Assembly (NCBI RefSeq): GCF_963921235.1
Contig: NC_086109.1
Location: forward strand, 38,008,001 to 38,072,000
Length of the DNA stretch: 64,000 bases
Direction: 5' to 3'
DNA from: Mobula hypostoma
Lineage: Eukaryota
Position 1 is the stretch's first letter, and each line of letters opens with the position of its first letter. Shown here one piece after another: positions 1 through 12,669 of the stretch. The notes under the pieces were generated by a model. That model made no database searches, was not told the origin of the DNA, and saw nothing but the letters and a program-made list of their open reading frames with translations. The position numbers were made by a program, and so were the translations under genes.

Positions 1-2557
1 TCTATTTCTTTAAGATGTAGGCATCTATGAAAAACTGGTCATTGGCTGAAAGTAGCAAGGCTGAAGGAGCACGCTAAACACTGAGATTGAGAATATCTGC
101 ATGAGTTTATTCATCAATGTCAGTTATGATTATATTTAAATTCCACACATTCCTGTTTCCTTCATTACTGTCAATATTATTTGTGAGTACCAGGAAGAAG
201 CTACTAACGTCATTAAGTAAATTGAATGACTCTAAGGTTGTGTACTGTGTATGATGTTAAGGACAATTATACATCCTATACTTAATATTTTCATTGCAGA
301 CTTTTACCACCTGAAAGGAAAACGTAAATGATTTCTCGAAACTCCCTCAACAATTATACATGAACATGAAACTCATTGTTATGGACTCTGCTCTAATAAG
401 TTTCATTTCAACTCGAACTATAATTTAATTAGACTAACCTGACAATGGATTTATTGTTTAATACACCCAAGATTGGATTTGGTACATTACTAAATTCAGT
501 CTTGTTCCAAATATTTATAGAGAATCTTGATAAAATAATTAAAAATGAAATATTCATCAAGATTTTGATCTATCTATACATTCCAAACGTGTGTGGACAA
601 GTAAAGGATTCAGACAAAAGAGGCCCAATTCTAAAACATGTACAGTGATTAAGCAGATAAAATGAGATGTATTGCTGGAAAGTGATAAATACTACCACTA
701 AGGAAAGTAAATATAACTTTTCAAAATTATATGCTACTTGGGAAAATGGGTTGTAATAAAGATTTGTGCAAAATATTCCTATAAAGAAGAAATGTGCTGC
801 CACAACTCAGTGTGATATCTGTAACGCCAGAAAAAAAGAAATATTTAAATATATAGAAAAGTGTAGAAAATAATATTCCAAAGTAAGTCATTTTCATATT
901 CATTATGGGAAGCCCATACAGGAAACATTCTGAGATGAAGACATAAAAGGAAAGTATGAAGTATTCCATATTTTTAAGCATTGTTACAAGAGATAAAAAG
1001 GAAAAAACCCACTGTTATTAGGGAACAGTTTTTAAGGAGTATTCCAAACTATTCTTAAATAAACACGTGTTACGCAAAATCCATCAGTGCACCAGAAAAT
1101 GCAGTTGTAATTATAAACAATTACAATTAGAAACAAACACTGCCATTGAGGAACTGAGATATGGAATAGGCTGCCACCTAGTGCATTAAATTCTGATTCA
1201 GTTAAATTGTCCAACAATGAGAAATTGATCAATTTATGATCCCATAAAACTTTGAGCAATTTGGAGTAGTGTGGATTCAATTTTAAAAAAGAAGTTATAT
1301 TGGATCCAGATATAGGACCTGGATAATTGAGTAGTATAAGACTGTGGTTTATCTAGACTTCCTTTTCACTGTGTGGAAGTTCTGTAGCTATGCCTCACTC
1401 AAACCTCTAGGGACAGGTGGGCAGCCTATTTCAGCACCTGCTCTTCAGCAGGCTGGAAGTACATGACCAGAAATTGCATATCTTTAAATTTGCCTGATTC
1501 ACACCCCACAACTTGAAAAGACAATAGAGTATCAAGTGTTAGCGATAACATTTGAACATAATGCATCACCTTCTTCCACCGCACTAGGAAGTCCTTGAAT
1601 CCTGTAAGTCAGACAGCTATGGAATATGGATGCCAGTGCAGGGATATCAAATAAATGTGGCAATCTTCCTTATTGCCTCAGGAGAATTTGATTCCTGTTA
1701 AGGAAGTTGAATTTTCAACTGAAGAAATGAAAGTTCAATTACAATACCAAGTTGCAGAATTTGCACTGCCAAATCCATCGCTTACCACCCCCCCCCCCCC
1801 ACAACTACACCAAAGAATAGAGTCTGTATGTACTTCACTCTAATGCAGACTTGGCAATGTATGCAAAGACTTAGATTATAAATGATATGGAGCACATTTA
1901 TTGTGGGCTATTAACACATCAGCATATGTTTAGTACATAGCAAAGTGCTAAACTTGATAACAGGTTGCTAGCACCTATATAAAGGTACACCTTTGAGCTC
2001 ATTATTGAGGTGATGTTCCTTTTTGTTTAGCATGTATTTTCCAAGTCTGTGTTCAGCTGCAGTCACAATAATGAAGGAATTCTCTGATGCCGAGCCAAAC
2101 CGTATTCTTATCCTAGATTCATAGCAAATCCAAACATTTATCTATCACCATCCTTCATCTAAAATATATTTTACCAATTGGAGTTATCTTCTAAATTGAG
2201 AATAAAATTCAAAGAATGTAGCTGAGTTTAACTTTTTTTGCAATGCGCAGACTTTTCTAACATCAAAGGGAACATCTTCAAAAAGGTCTGCCTTTAAAAA
2301 AAATTGTAGCACAAATACTTGGGCATGTTCTGCTTACGTGTTTGGTGCACAGCAAAGTACTTGGTATGATCAAATTCAGCATAATGATGGACATAGATAC
2401 CCATTATAGTGGTGTGAATCTCGTACATAAGCAAATTAACTGGCCAAGGGAAATTGAGCCTGCTAGCTACATGCTCTATTAACAATAAAATCATAGTTTC
2501 ATTATGTTACAAAATATTGAATAACAACAATTTCTGAAATAACATTTCAAATGTGTG

Positions 2558-2690
2558 AGTCCTGATGAAGAGTCTCAGCCCGAAACATCGACTGGTCATT
2601 TCCCTCCATGGAAGCTGACTGACCTGCTGAGCTCCTCCAGAATTTTGTGCCTGTTGTTCAAGATTTTGAGCATCTGCAGTATCTCTTAAG
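2558..2690 (+). mobile_element. Short PLE-derived repeat with minimal hammerhead ribozyme motif
   Basis: AGTC-CTGATGA-AGAGTCTCAGCCC-GAAA-CATC-GACT followed by the shared GCTG..CCTGCTGAG..CCAGCATCTGCAG-like tail. Confidence 0.7.
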
Positions 2691-2990
2691 TCTGCGTAAA
2701 CCTTTCACATGACTAATTCATTTTAAGGTTTTAAGTTTCAAAACCTTGTAGTTGAATGGTTACAACCCCTACTTAATTAGTCTAAAATAAAAGTCTTCAT
2801 CGAAGCAAATGAACAGTATTGTTAAAAGACTTGTTTCTATCGTTTTATAATTAAGTATCATAATTTTTTCTTAAATCCAATAAATTCAATCTTCCTCAAT
2901 ACCCCCATCCCTATTGTTACTAAAAAATGAACTATTTCTGATTTTCTAAAACATGAGCAGTATTATGAAAACCTTCCATCTTGTTAATAA

Positions 2991-3090
2991 TGTTAGTCCT
3001 GACGAAGGGTCTCGGCCCGAAACGTGGACTGTACCTCTTCCTATAGATGCTGCCTGGCCTGCTGCATTCACCAGCAACTTTGATGTGTGT
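2991..3090 (+). mobile_element. 100-bp non-autonomous PLE-derived hammerhead cassette with 13-bp TSD
   Basis: Flanked by ATCTTGTTAATAA at 2978-2990 and 3091-3103. Contains AGTCCTGACGAAGGGTCTCGGCCCGAAACGTGGACT; the cleavage triplet reads GTG. Confidence 0.85.
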
Positions 3091-3892
3091 ATCTTGTTAA
3101 TAACTTTACGTTGATTTTAACCCAGCCACCAATCAGGGTGCCCACACCATACTTGCTGATTCCAATCCAATTGTGAATAAGGGGAGAACAAAATGATCTT
3201 GTCACTTGTTAAAGGTTTTGAAAATTGTTGAACTTTGTTCCTACATGTAAAATAAAGATTTTTATGTTTGTATACACCTGCCCATGCTTTACTAAGTCAA
3301 TTACACTTTATCAGCTCTTAATATCCACATACTGAAGTAAAACGCTGTTAACCAATTGTGCTAACAACTTAATTATAAATATTCCAATGACCATTGTTCA
3401 GTTTGAGTTAGACCAGAATCACTTCTTTCCAGACTGCTTTGCTATTTTTTCTAAAATAACAGTGAAAGAAATTGAATTTCACAGAAGAGATGAGAGCAAC
3501 ATCCCTCAAGATCGGCTTAAGCAATTAACTAAGTCTGCCAGTGGGGAGAAGTATTTTCACTAATTGGACTAATCACTAGCACAATGAAAGACGATTGTGC
3601 ATATTGGAGGCCTGTCATCAAAGAACAAGAATATTGTTGCAGAAAATGCAGAGGGCAAAATGTCCTTGGATCAAACATCTTCAATTATTTCATCAATTAG
3701 CCTTTCGTCACATGGGATATTTACTGATAACTGCATGGTATTTTCACTTATGTATTTTCAAATACTAAAACCATCTTGAAAGCTATTCAAACAAGGCTGA
3801 TGAATGGGAAGTCCAAGGCCATAAAATGCACTGCAGCATTTGAGGTTACATACTTATATATTCATAACTACATAATCTCAAGTGCCTACAAG

Positions 3893-3990
3893 AATCCTGA
3901 TGAAGGGTCTTGGCCCGAAACAACGACTGTACTCTTTTCCATAGATGTTGCCTGGCCTGCTGAGTTACTCCAGCATTTTGTGTGTGTTGA
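3893..3990 (+). mobile_element. Short PLE-derived hammerhead cassette
   Basis: CCTGATGAAGGGTCTTGGCCCGAAAC plus GCCTGGCCTGCTGAG..CCAGCATTTTGTGTGTG tail. Confidence 0.75.
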
Positions 3991-6900
3991 TAAATGGGAA
4001 GTAACATTCAAGTAATAACCAATGGCCAACTCCAGCACAAGATAGCAGAACAATTTGTACTTGATATTCTTGTTTTATATTTAAAATAATACAGAAAGAG
4101 GTAACATGGTTAATCAGATCCAAGCCAACTCTTCAGGAGCAATCTCATTAATCCCCCTTCTCCTTATTTCCTTATACACCTGCAATTTACCCTTTCTCAT
4201 ACATTTGTCAACTCTCATTTGATTAATTTTACCATTATTCTATAGTAAGTAACAATTTACAACAACCAATTAACCCAATAGCATGTCTTTGGAATATGGA
4301 AAGGATTGAGAACATCCAAAAGCAATCCAGTTACTGAGAGAATGTGCAAATTCTGTGTAACAGCACATGAGATTGCTGAGCTAAGAAGCATCAGCACTAA
4401 TAGGCACACCACCATAGCATCCTTCAAAGGCATTAACATTTTCAAATCCTCTATCTTCAATCTGTTTTGGATCATCAGTGGCCAAAACACCAGTTACAAC
4501 TGCAACTGCAATTTGTAGCAGCATTCTGATTCTCAAATGCTGTCTTTCATTAACAAGGTGTAGGCTAAGCTTGTGATGAAATATACTCCATTTGCTGAAG
4601 TGAATGCATCCCGACCAATCCTTCAGAATCTCACTACTGTCCAGGACTAAACTTTCTACTTGATAGGCACCTAATCCAACACAAGTATTAATTTCCCTGC
4701 CACTTGTTCATTCTGGCTGTAGTGTGCACCATCTGCATGATGCACTGCCACATTTGAGGTTATGTAATTACAAATCCATAACTATGTAATCTCAAATGCC
4801 TTCAACAGTACAGACTGCTGTGTTCTGCTTACTCCCTACTGAATACCTAATTTGGCCATAGTGTATATCATGAACTCTTCATGATTGCTGGCTCGAAATC
4901 CTAACAGCAATGTGGTGGAAGTTTCAGCAGTGGTATTACTGTGGTTCAAGAATGGAACTTAGTACTACTGTATCTGTCCAACGTTAATCAGGCATGGACA
5001 GTAACTGTGGTACTGCCAGCACAGGTCACATTCCAGGAATGAATCAGAAACAGCAGAAGACCACCTCTTCCTTTACTTCGTCAGATCCAGAATTTCAATT
5101 TTTGTAACAATTAGCATCATTGCAAACCCGAGAGCAATTGTGCACTTCAACGCAATCTAAATATACTGCCTGACAGTAGATAATGATTGCATTTAGTGAC
5201 TGCTATAAATACTTTTGGAGACCTGTTATGACATTTGATTGTTTTTGTTTACATACTTTAAATCAGTGTTTATTAAAATATGCTAATAGTGCACAGCTCA
5301 ATTAAGGGAATAGTTTTTTTTCAGAAAATAAAAGGTACCTGTAGCTCTGCACGTGTTTACCACGTCAGGAATGAACCTACTGTTGGTTAGTAGAGATGGT
5401 GGTGAAGGGTAGGCATGAGAAGGGTATGTGTTGCCACATTTCAGAGAAACGATACTATTTAATTATACACCATGAGATGCACACTTTTCAATAATATTGC
5501 CCAATAATTTTTAATTTTGCTTTGCTTCTACCAAAATATTTATGTATTGATGGCACTTCATCATTTCACTATAACATTTTGAAAATTAACACTTTGAAAG
5601 AAATTATTCTAATACATTTGAAAGCAAATGGGAAAACAAGGTTATTTTAATTTGCAATGTACAGAGGTTTCAATTTTGATTTAAAATTATAAAATCAAAA
5701 TTCAGATTTTAAACATTTTCTGTAAATGAAAATTCAAGAACACAGGTGGGTTCGACTGTGTCAGTGTCTGAAGCCTAAACTTACTGATTGATAAGAAGTG
5801 CGTGTGGTACCAAAGACGATTCCAGTGCTGTTTGTACACTTCCCGGAATTTGAACGGGTATTCTCAAATATAAATTACAGCTATACATCTTCATTGATCT
5901 TCCTAAGTAAAGCGTCCAGGCTTCAGGCGGCCCCGGGCTGATTTATTCGCTTCTGTGCAAATACGTAGCAAATGTTTATCTTTAGTATGTAAATCGAATA
6001 AGCCCTCAAGTAAAAAAAAGTGTAAACATGAATGAGAAAGACATCGACTCTTCTCAGTCTAGATATATTTACTGAGGTGTCACACCACAGAGAAACGACG
6101 CTTTCACATATTTGAGAGCATAATCACGCAGTTTTAACCGTATGGCTTCTGTTTAATTTTCACTAGTACACAATGAATTATGAAGTGGATTCAATTTTCG
6201 AATATTTTATTATATGAAAAATACAAAATTCTTTGCCGCTCTACACTGAATGGGGGGCGGGGGGTGGCGGTATAGCCGCTCTGTTTATTACTGGACGAAC
6301 TGTTAGACTTCCGACCCCAAGATCTATTTTAATCACATTCAGGCAGGTGATACTGCCGGACGTTCTCTGTTTGGTATTTCTATTTGTTAATCTTTAGTCG
6401 GTTTAATTTATTCTGGGTGTTCCATACCTTTGATCAACGCGCTGTAAAACTGCAAATAAGACAACCAGCAAAATTTGCTCGCAATGACGAATAGAAGACA
6501 GCCGCAGAAGACTACATTTGCACCTGAAATGTTTTAACATCTGTTGCACCCAGGCAAGTGTCTTGGCCAATGTGGACCAAAGCAACCCGCTTGAGGTCAA
6601 GGGAAATTTGCACAGATCAGCAGTAAAGGCACATTTGAAGCGCAATTAATTATCACGTTGTCACTCGTTTCCGAAAATGTATTGTACCAACGTGATTTAA
6701 CTGTTAATGAAAATAACAGCCCATTGGCCGACATCAGGAAAGTAGGCGCTCGTTGAAATTGGGAGGATCACTCTGAGGCAATTTTCAATATATGTTTGGT
6801 ATTTAGATCGCTGCTTATGAGTTATGCAAAGAGCCAGATTAATATTCCTGGCAGGTGCAACGTTAATGGACAGTTATAAAAAGCGTTCTGATGTGCAGTG

Positions 6901-8162
6901 TATTTCTCTGCATGTCAGTGTGTTGCTCCAGCCTGTTTGTCTTTCATATAAAGTTTCAGCTATTTAAAATTCTAAGCACAGGGCGGAAATTATCCTCCTT
7001 TTCCTTTTAACCAACCGACGGAAGCAAGTAATTACTTTTTTTTGGAAAACATTTTTGGCACAGGACATTCGTTTCCCTTCGTGACAATGAAATAAGGAAA
7101 GTACAGTTTGATTTCAGCAGGAATCTGTTTTGTGGCAACAAACGGCTACAACTGTAATATTATTCGCCTCTGCTCAGAGCCCTCAGTATATCGCATCCAA
7201 ACAAGGTTGAAGAAAATCTCCCAGCAAATCGAGCGTGCATTCTGGCAGCTGTGAGCCGTAGCTCGCAGGAATTGTGTTCAATCAATAACTTCTTCAGCCA
7301 GTACCCGATAAACATAACTTATCTGATGTCTTATCTGGATATCTTACTCCTCTACAGTTATTAACTAACTCTCAATAGCCTTAGTCATAGAAGCTATCAC
7401 TATTACGGTTCAGATATTCAATACTAGTCTCAATAAGGATATATGCGAAGAATTCCTAAGATCTTCGTATGAGATGGGTTATAAGTCTATCGTTAGTCGA
7501 TGACCCTGATACATGATTCAGATCTTGAGATAATCAGAAAGAAATTCTGATAATGAGTTGTTTTCATCATAAAATATGTGCAAGACGCAGTCATCGTTGA
7601 TATGCTAACTAGAGAAAAAATAAAGTCACAAAAGAGGTTATTCGGCCCATAATTGCAGCGTTTACTCTTCAAAATAGCTCACTCATTAGTTGTACTGTGC
7701 AGCTATTTCTCACAGCTCTAAAAGTAACTATATTACAAACGTGCATTTAATTCCCCCCTTGAACTGCACGAATCAACCTGTTCACGCCCTCTTTTCAGTC
7801 AGTGCGTACCATCGTGATATATCTGTGCAGTAGTTCACACGAACACCATCACCACTCTATATATCTTGATTATTTCCTTGTCATATTAGGTACAGCACGC
7901 AATAGTCTATTTTTTTTTTCTGGACTGTGATTTGTTATAAGTAGCGCTGTGGGAAAAGTTGTTCATTAAGCAAAAAAAAACGCAGGATCTCTCAATTGAC
8001 ATGTGTCAGCTTCCTAGACTTTACTTTCTCCGAAACGCTTTAGGTTTTTTTTAACATCAAGTTCTCCGCTGGAGCACTGGGGGTCGGGCTAAGATTGAAA
8101 CGGCAACAGAACTTACTGTACTATTCTAATAGGTATATCAGAGCAACAGTGCATGCACTTAC

Positions 8163-8350
8163 AGGTAAGACGTCAGCGCGCTTATGTTCTCCGGTATCGT
8201 CACAAGCCCGAGTTCTGAGCAATCGACCCACAGTAGAATGCCATCTTCCTCACAGTGGCACTGAGGTGGGCATGGGGTATTCGTTGGCGCTTGGGTCGCA
8301 CACGCATACCCAAAGGCAGCGAGGATAAGCACCGAGTAGGGCAGGAACAT
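8163..8350 (-). CDS. LGR6: First coding exon of a leucine-rich repeat GPCR of the LGR4/5/6 family, most like LGR6 (signal peptide plus LRR N-terminal cap)
   Basis: ATG at 8350 gives MFLPYSVLILAAFGYACATQAPTNTPCPPQCHCEEDGILLWVDCSELGLVTIPENISALTSYL: hydrophobic signal peptide, then a CPxxCxC..DC LRRNT cap. The exon ends CT|GTAAGT (phase-2 donor, GT at 8162-8161). CHCEEDGI..DCSELGL resembles LGR6 (CHCQEDGI..DCSELGL) more than LGR5 (CHCEPDGR..DCSDLGL), from memory. Family is secure, paralog less so. Exon 2 was not found in the window. Confidence 0.82.
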
Positions 8351-9330
8351 TCTCCTGTGATCTGACGGAAGCCTTTGGAGGGTCGGCACAGATGTCAGTT
8401 ACAGCAACACACGTGTGTGGATGCAGATCTCTGCAAACTTCAGTCCGCTCTCGCTGCCACCGCATTTACTTATTGTGGCTTTGGGCAAACACACACTTAC
8501 CTTATTGGCTGGCGTCGCGCACTAAAGTTAGATGATTGATCGCTGTGGGTGGAGCTATAATTTCTTCAACACTTCGGATGATTTCTTGATAGATAGTATT
8601 CACCAATACATTATTTACAGTTGCATTCCAAATACTTCAATTTCATTTATTTCTCCTTACAAAAATGTTCGCCACCATTTAAATCAGCTCTAGTCTCTTC
8701 ATTAGCTGACTTCATTGCTTATAAAAATAGTAATGTATTAACTGAGCCAGTTCACTGCCTATTTTATTCTAAGTGAGAATCTGAGAAGTCAGACTTAAAT
8801 TATCATTGGAAAACTTTTTCTCAAATGAGCACGTGATCTGAAAACGTTTTAAATGCAGCAAATGCACGGTACAGCGTACAGATACAAGACTACTGACAAA
8901 AAGAAGTTAAACATTAATCCTTTGCATGAATGTACTTCGAAACTGTACGATTCAATTGGTGCATGACTGGATGATTGGCGCCAAAATATACATACTGTAA
9001 TAGTTAACAATTAGAAACTTGCTGATAAGAATTACCCTGATGAGAGGACGAGGTTTAGAGAGCAATTTCTCTTTCCTAATAACCTTTTTTTTCGGCACCC
9101 AAATCCTCAGTCGGAAATGTCAGGTCGGATCAGAATAGAAAATAATACGACCACGCTGTTTCTGTATTTTTATATGCAGTCTTCATGTGGAGATTCTGAC
9201 ATCACTGCATAGATTCAAAACCTTTAATTTCCCGCCTGAATTTATTTGAGATTCGATTGAAGCGCGCAAGGTTTGAAATAATTAATCTGAGAGCAGTCTT
9301 TCATAACTAAGTGACACTGGCGCCTGTTTA
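8351..9330 (-). promoter_or_regulatory. Probable 5' UTR and promoter region of the LGR gene
   Basis: Repeat-free and visibly richer in CpG than the flanks (elevated from about 5.8 to 9.4 kb). CCAAT on the minus strand at about 8504-8508; CACGTG E-box at about 8830. Transcription start cannot be determined. Confidence 0.5.
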
Positions 9331-9879
9331 ATTATACAGGATGAAATATAGAATTGTGACGACCCCCCCCCACACACACACACGCACAAACACGCACAAA
9401 TGTACACATATTTATATCCTCCCACAGTCTTGTATCACAAATAGTCACTGTTTTCTATTGCCTTATCCCCTGCCCATCTACATTTCTATTTCCTCGAGTG
9501 TCTTTTATGTTAGTTTTGTTCTGGATACATTTTTATACCCCACAAAAGACTGTGAAATATATGTGATATACAAAAGAAAGATAATTTGAGGGATTACTAG
9601 ATTTTAACTGTTGGACGGAGATTGGTTACGGGGTGAAGGGCACATAGAACACCAGAAGGACCATTGTGAACAATGTGATTGGAAACACCGTTCGGTCAGT
9701 TTGACAAGATAACAGAATAACGAGATCACCAGAATTCAAAGGAATTGTCACTCTTGGTCAGATATTATGAAGTGGAGTATCGACTTTGACGTTGAACAGT
9801 TTAAAATAAACTTCAAGGTTCTATAGAAACCCACAAACGTAAAATGTGTCATGAAGTGAAGCGTAATAGAATGTGACTC

Positions 9880-10520
9880 TCCGTTTTGGAAGACCGCTTC
9901 GCCGAGTACCTACGTCTGCCAGTAAAAGCGGGATCTCCCAGTGGCCACCCATTTTAATTCCACTTCCCATTTCTATTCCGACATGTCATCCATGGCCTCC
10001 TCCACTGTTGTGTTGAGGCCACAGTTAGGTTGGAGGAACAACCCCTTATATTCCATTTGGGGAGCCTCCAACCTGAAGGTTTCGATTTCTCGAACTTCCA
10101 TTAATGACTCCGAACCACCTCCCCCCCCCGCGCTTCTCCTTCACTATTCCCTATCCCCTTTCCCCTCTCTCACCTTATCTCCTTGTGCCCGCCCATCGCC
10201 TCCCTCTGGTGCTCTCCCCCTTTTCTTTCTTCCATGGCCTTCTGTTTCTTTCACCAATTTACTTTCCAGCTCCATAATTCATCCCTCTCCCTCCAGGTTT
10301 CACTACCACCTAGTGTTTCTCTCCACTGTCCCCCGCCACCCCCCCCCCCCCGCCTTTTAAACCTACTCCCCAGCTTTTTCTTCTCCAGTCCTGCCGAAGG
10401 GTTTCGGCCCGAAACATCGACTGTACTCTTTTCCTAAATGCTCTCTAGCCTGTGAGTTCCTCCAGCGTTTTGTGTGTGTTGCTGGGATTTCCCGCGTCTG
10501 CAGATGTTCTCCTGTTTGTG
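9880..10520 (+). mobile_element. Penelope-like element, 3' fragment (end of GIY-YIG region, pLTR, degenerate hammerhead)
   Basis: Encodes VATHFNSTSH...; homologous to 45950-46600; CTGCCGAAGGGTTTCGGCCCGAAAC at about 10391. Confidence 0.85.
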
Positions 10521-10784
10521 GTTGGATTCCTTCCCCCCTCCTCGCCCATTTCTTCCTGTATTTAAGAGTAATGGTCCGACATTTTGTTAATGCAACTGAA
10601 AACTGTCTATCTAAAAAAAATCCTTTGTAAATGTATCTCTTCCTTTGGCAAATAATACTGTTCTAAATTAGGCAGAGATCAGTAAATGATCAGTAAGATA
10701 CCTTATGCCAACATACAAAAATAAGAAAGCATATGAATGATAATAGGTTTGGCTATTATCCACTTATATTTAAAATTCCTGAAG

Positions 10785-11420
10785 GCTCAAAGATCAAACC
10801 AAATTTATTATCAAAGTACATATATATCACCATATAAAACCCTGAGATTCACTTTCTTGCAGGTATACTCAGTACATCTATAGAATAATAACCATAACAG
10901 AATCAATGAACGACTGCACCAAAGTGGGCATTCAGCCAATGTGCAAAAGACAACAAACTATGCAAATACAAAAAGAACAAAATAATAATAAACAAGCAAT
11001 AAAGATCAAGTCCTTGAAAGTGAGCCAGTAGGTTGAGGGAATGTTTCAGTGACAGGTCAAGTGAAGTTGAGTAATGTTATCGCCTTTGGTTCAGGAACCT
11101 GATAGTTGAGGGGTAATAAATGTCCTAAAGCTCGTGCACATTCTTCCTGATGACAGCAGTAGAAGAGAGCATACCCTGGTTGATGGTGGTCCCTTCTTGC
11201 AACAGTATTTTGTGTAGAGGGTGGGGAGGTCGATACCCATGATGGACTGGGCTGTATCCAACACTTTTTGTAGGATTTTCCATTCAAGCATATTGGCGTT
11301 TCCATGCCATGCTGTGATGCAGCCAGTCAATATACTCTCCACTACATATCTATAGAATTCTGTCAAAGTTCTAGAGTCATGCCTTTGTCTTCGCAAACTC
11401 CTAAGGAAGTAGAGGCACTG
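10785..11420 (-). mobile_element. Rex1/Babar-type LINE 3' fragment
   Basis: TLTEFYRYVVESILTGCITAWHGN..LQKVLDTAQSIMG matches the C-terminal region typical of this clade; the 3' UTR is shared with other copies in the window. Confidence 0.75.
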
Positions 11421-11519
11421 CTGTGCTTTCGCAGTAATACAATTGAATCAATGAAAAACTACACATAAACAAATGATGTGCAAAAGAAGATACGCTATGG
11501 AATTACAAATAATAATTAT

Positions 11520-11930
11520 TATTGTTACACATAGGCCAATCCATAATAGCCATCCAGGTATAATAATACAGGACAAACAAGCAAGAACAACTTGTTTAAT
11601 AGATATAGCCATTCCAAACACATATAACTTACAGAAATCAATAAGAGAAAAACACAGAAATATGCTGAATTTATAAAGGAAATTGAAACACTTTAGAACA
11701 TGAATAGGGTATACCTTTTCCCGATAGTAATATTTAGAACTGGTATCGTCCCGAAGGCACTACACAATAGCATGAAACAATTAGGGCAACACAATAATAT
11801 CTTTGTAAGTCTTCAGAGAGCCACAATACTAAACATCATTGGAATATTCTGAAAGTTCCTTGCAATTGGCAAATAAGTGTGCTCAAGTATGCCTGTACTT
11901 CAGATTTTACCGGCCGGAGCAGAGAGAAAA
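11520..11930 (+). mobile_element. R4/Dong-clade non-LTR retrotransposon 3' fragment (restriction-like endonuclease domain), degenerate
   Basis: THRPIHNSHPGIIIQDKQARTTCLIDIAIPNTYNLQKSIREK, then frameshifted P-IVI..TGIVPKAL..LQRATILN..KFL. This resembles the RPD..IDIAIP..EK RLE signature. Flanks are AAT/TAA-rich. Confidence 0.7.
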
Positions 11931-11939
11931 AAAATAATA

Positions 11940-12290
11940 CTAAGTTAATAATTAATACCGAGAGCATGAGATGTAGAGTCCTTGAAAGTGATTCCATAGG
12001 TTGTAGAATCAGGTTATTTTTGAGATGTGTGAAGTTATCCATTCTGGTTCAGAAGCCTGATATTTGAAGAGTAATAACTCTTCCTGAGCCTGATGGTGTT
12101 GCATTTAAAGCTCTTGTACTTCCTTCCCAAAGGCAGCAGCATGGCCTGTGTGGTGGGGGTCCTTGATGATGGACGCTGTTTTCTTGTGGCAGCACTCCTT
12201 GTAGATGTGCTCAGTGGTGGGGAAGACTTTTCCAGTGATGGACTGTGCTGTATCCCACATTTTCTGTAGGCTTTTCCATTCTTTGGTTCT
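11940..12290 (-). mobile_element. Rex1/Babar-type LINE 3' fragment (host of the R4/Dong piece; continues at about 11430-11515)
   Basis: Homologous to 11000-11290. Confidence 0.65.
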
Positions 12291-12669
12291 TGTTTATTAT
12301 AACTATAATTGTGTTGGTACAACCAACAAAACATAATTGGAATTCAGTTATAGTTCAGTCGTTGAAAGTGCATGAGGACTAAAGATATATCATAAGCTAT
12401 CCTTATTTGGAACACAAACTCTGCCTGACAGGAATGTGTTTGCTTTCATGAGCTGAACCCGTTCTTATTTTTTCCTTTATTTCTTAATGTTAGCAAAGAA
12501 TGCGTGACAGTGTTTAGGTTCTCAAGAACAGTAAAATATTTTAATGCTTAATTTATAAACTTCCTATAATAAATACTAGACCACACAATATTTTTACGGC
12601 ATTTGTTCTGCCGTTATTCACCTTCCAGGGAGTACAAGACTGTCCACAGCAACTTGGTTTTAATATTTT

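Noticed and set aside
1788..1800. Poly-C runs here and at about 10340, 24230 and 25690
   Set aside because: Simple homopolymers, mostly within repeats; no supportable function.
1..8160. LGR exon 2 (expected ~72 nt, DLSMNNI-like)
   Set aside because: No matching sequence seen; it probably lies beyond the window start.
8351..8389. N-terminal extension MPTLQRLPSDHRR in the ORF track
   Set aside because: It starts at a GTG; the ATG at 8350 directly precedes the signal peptide and is the better start.
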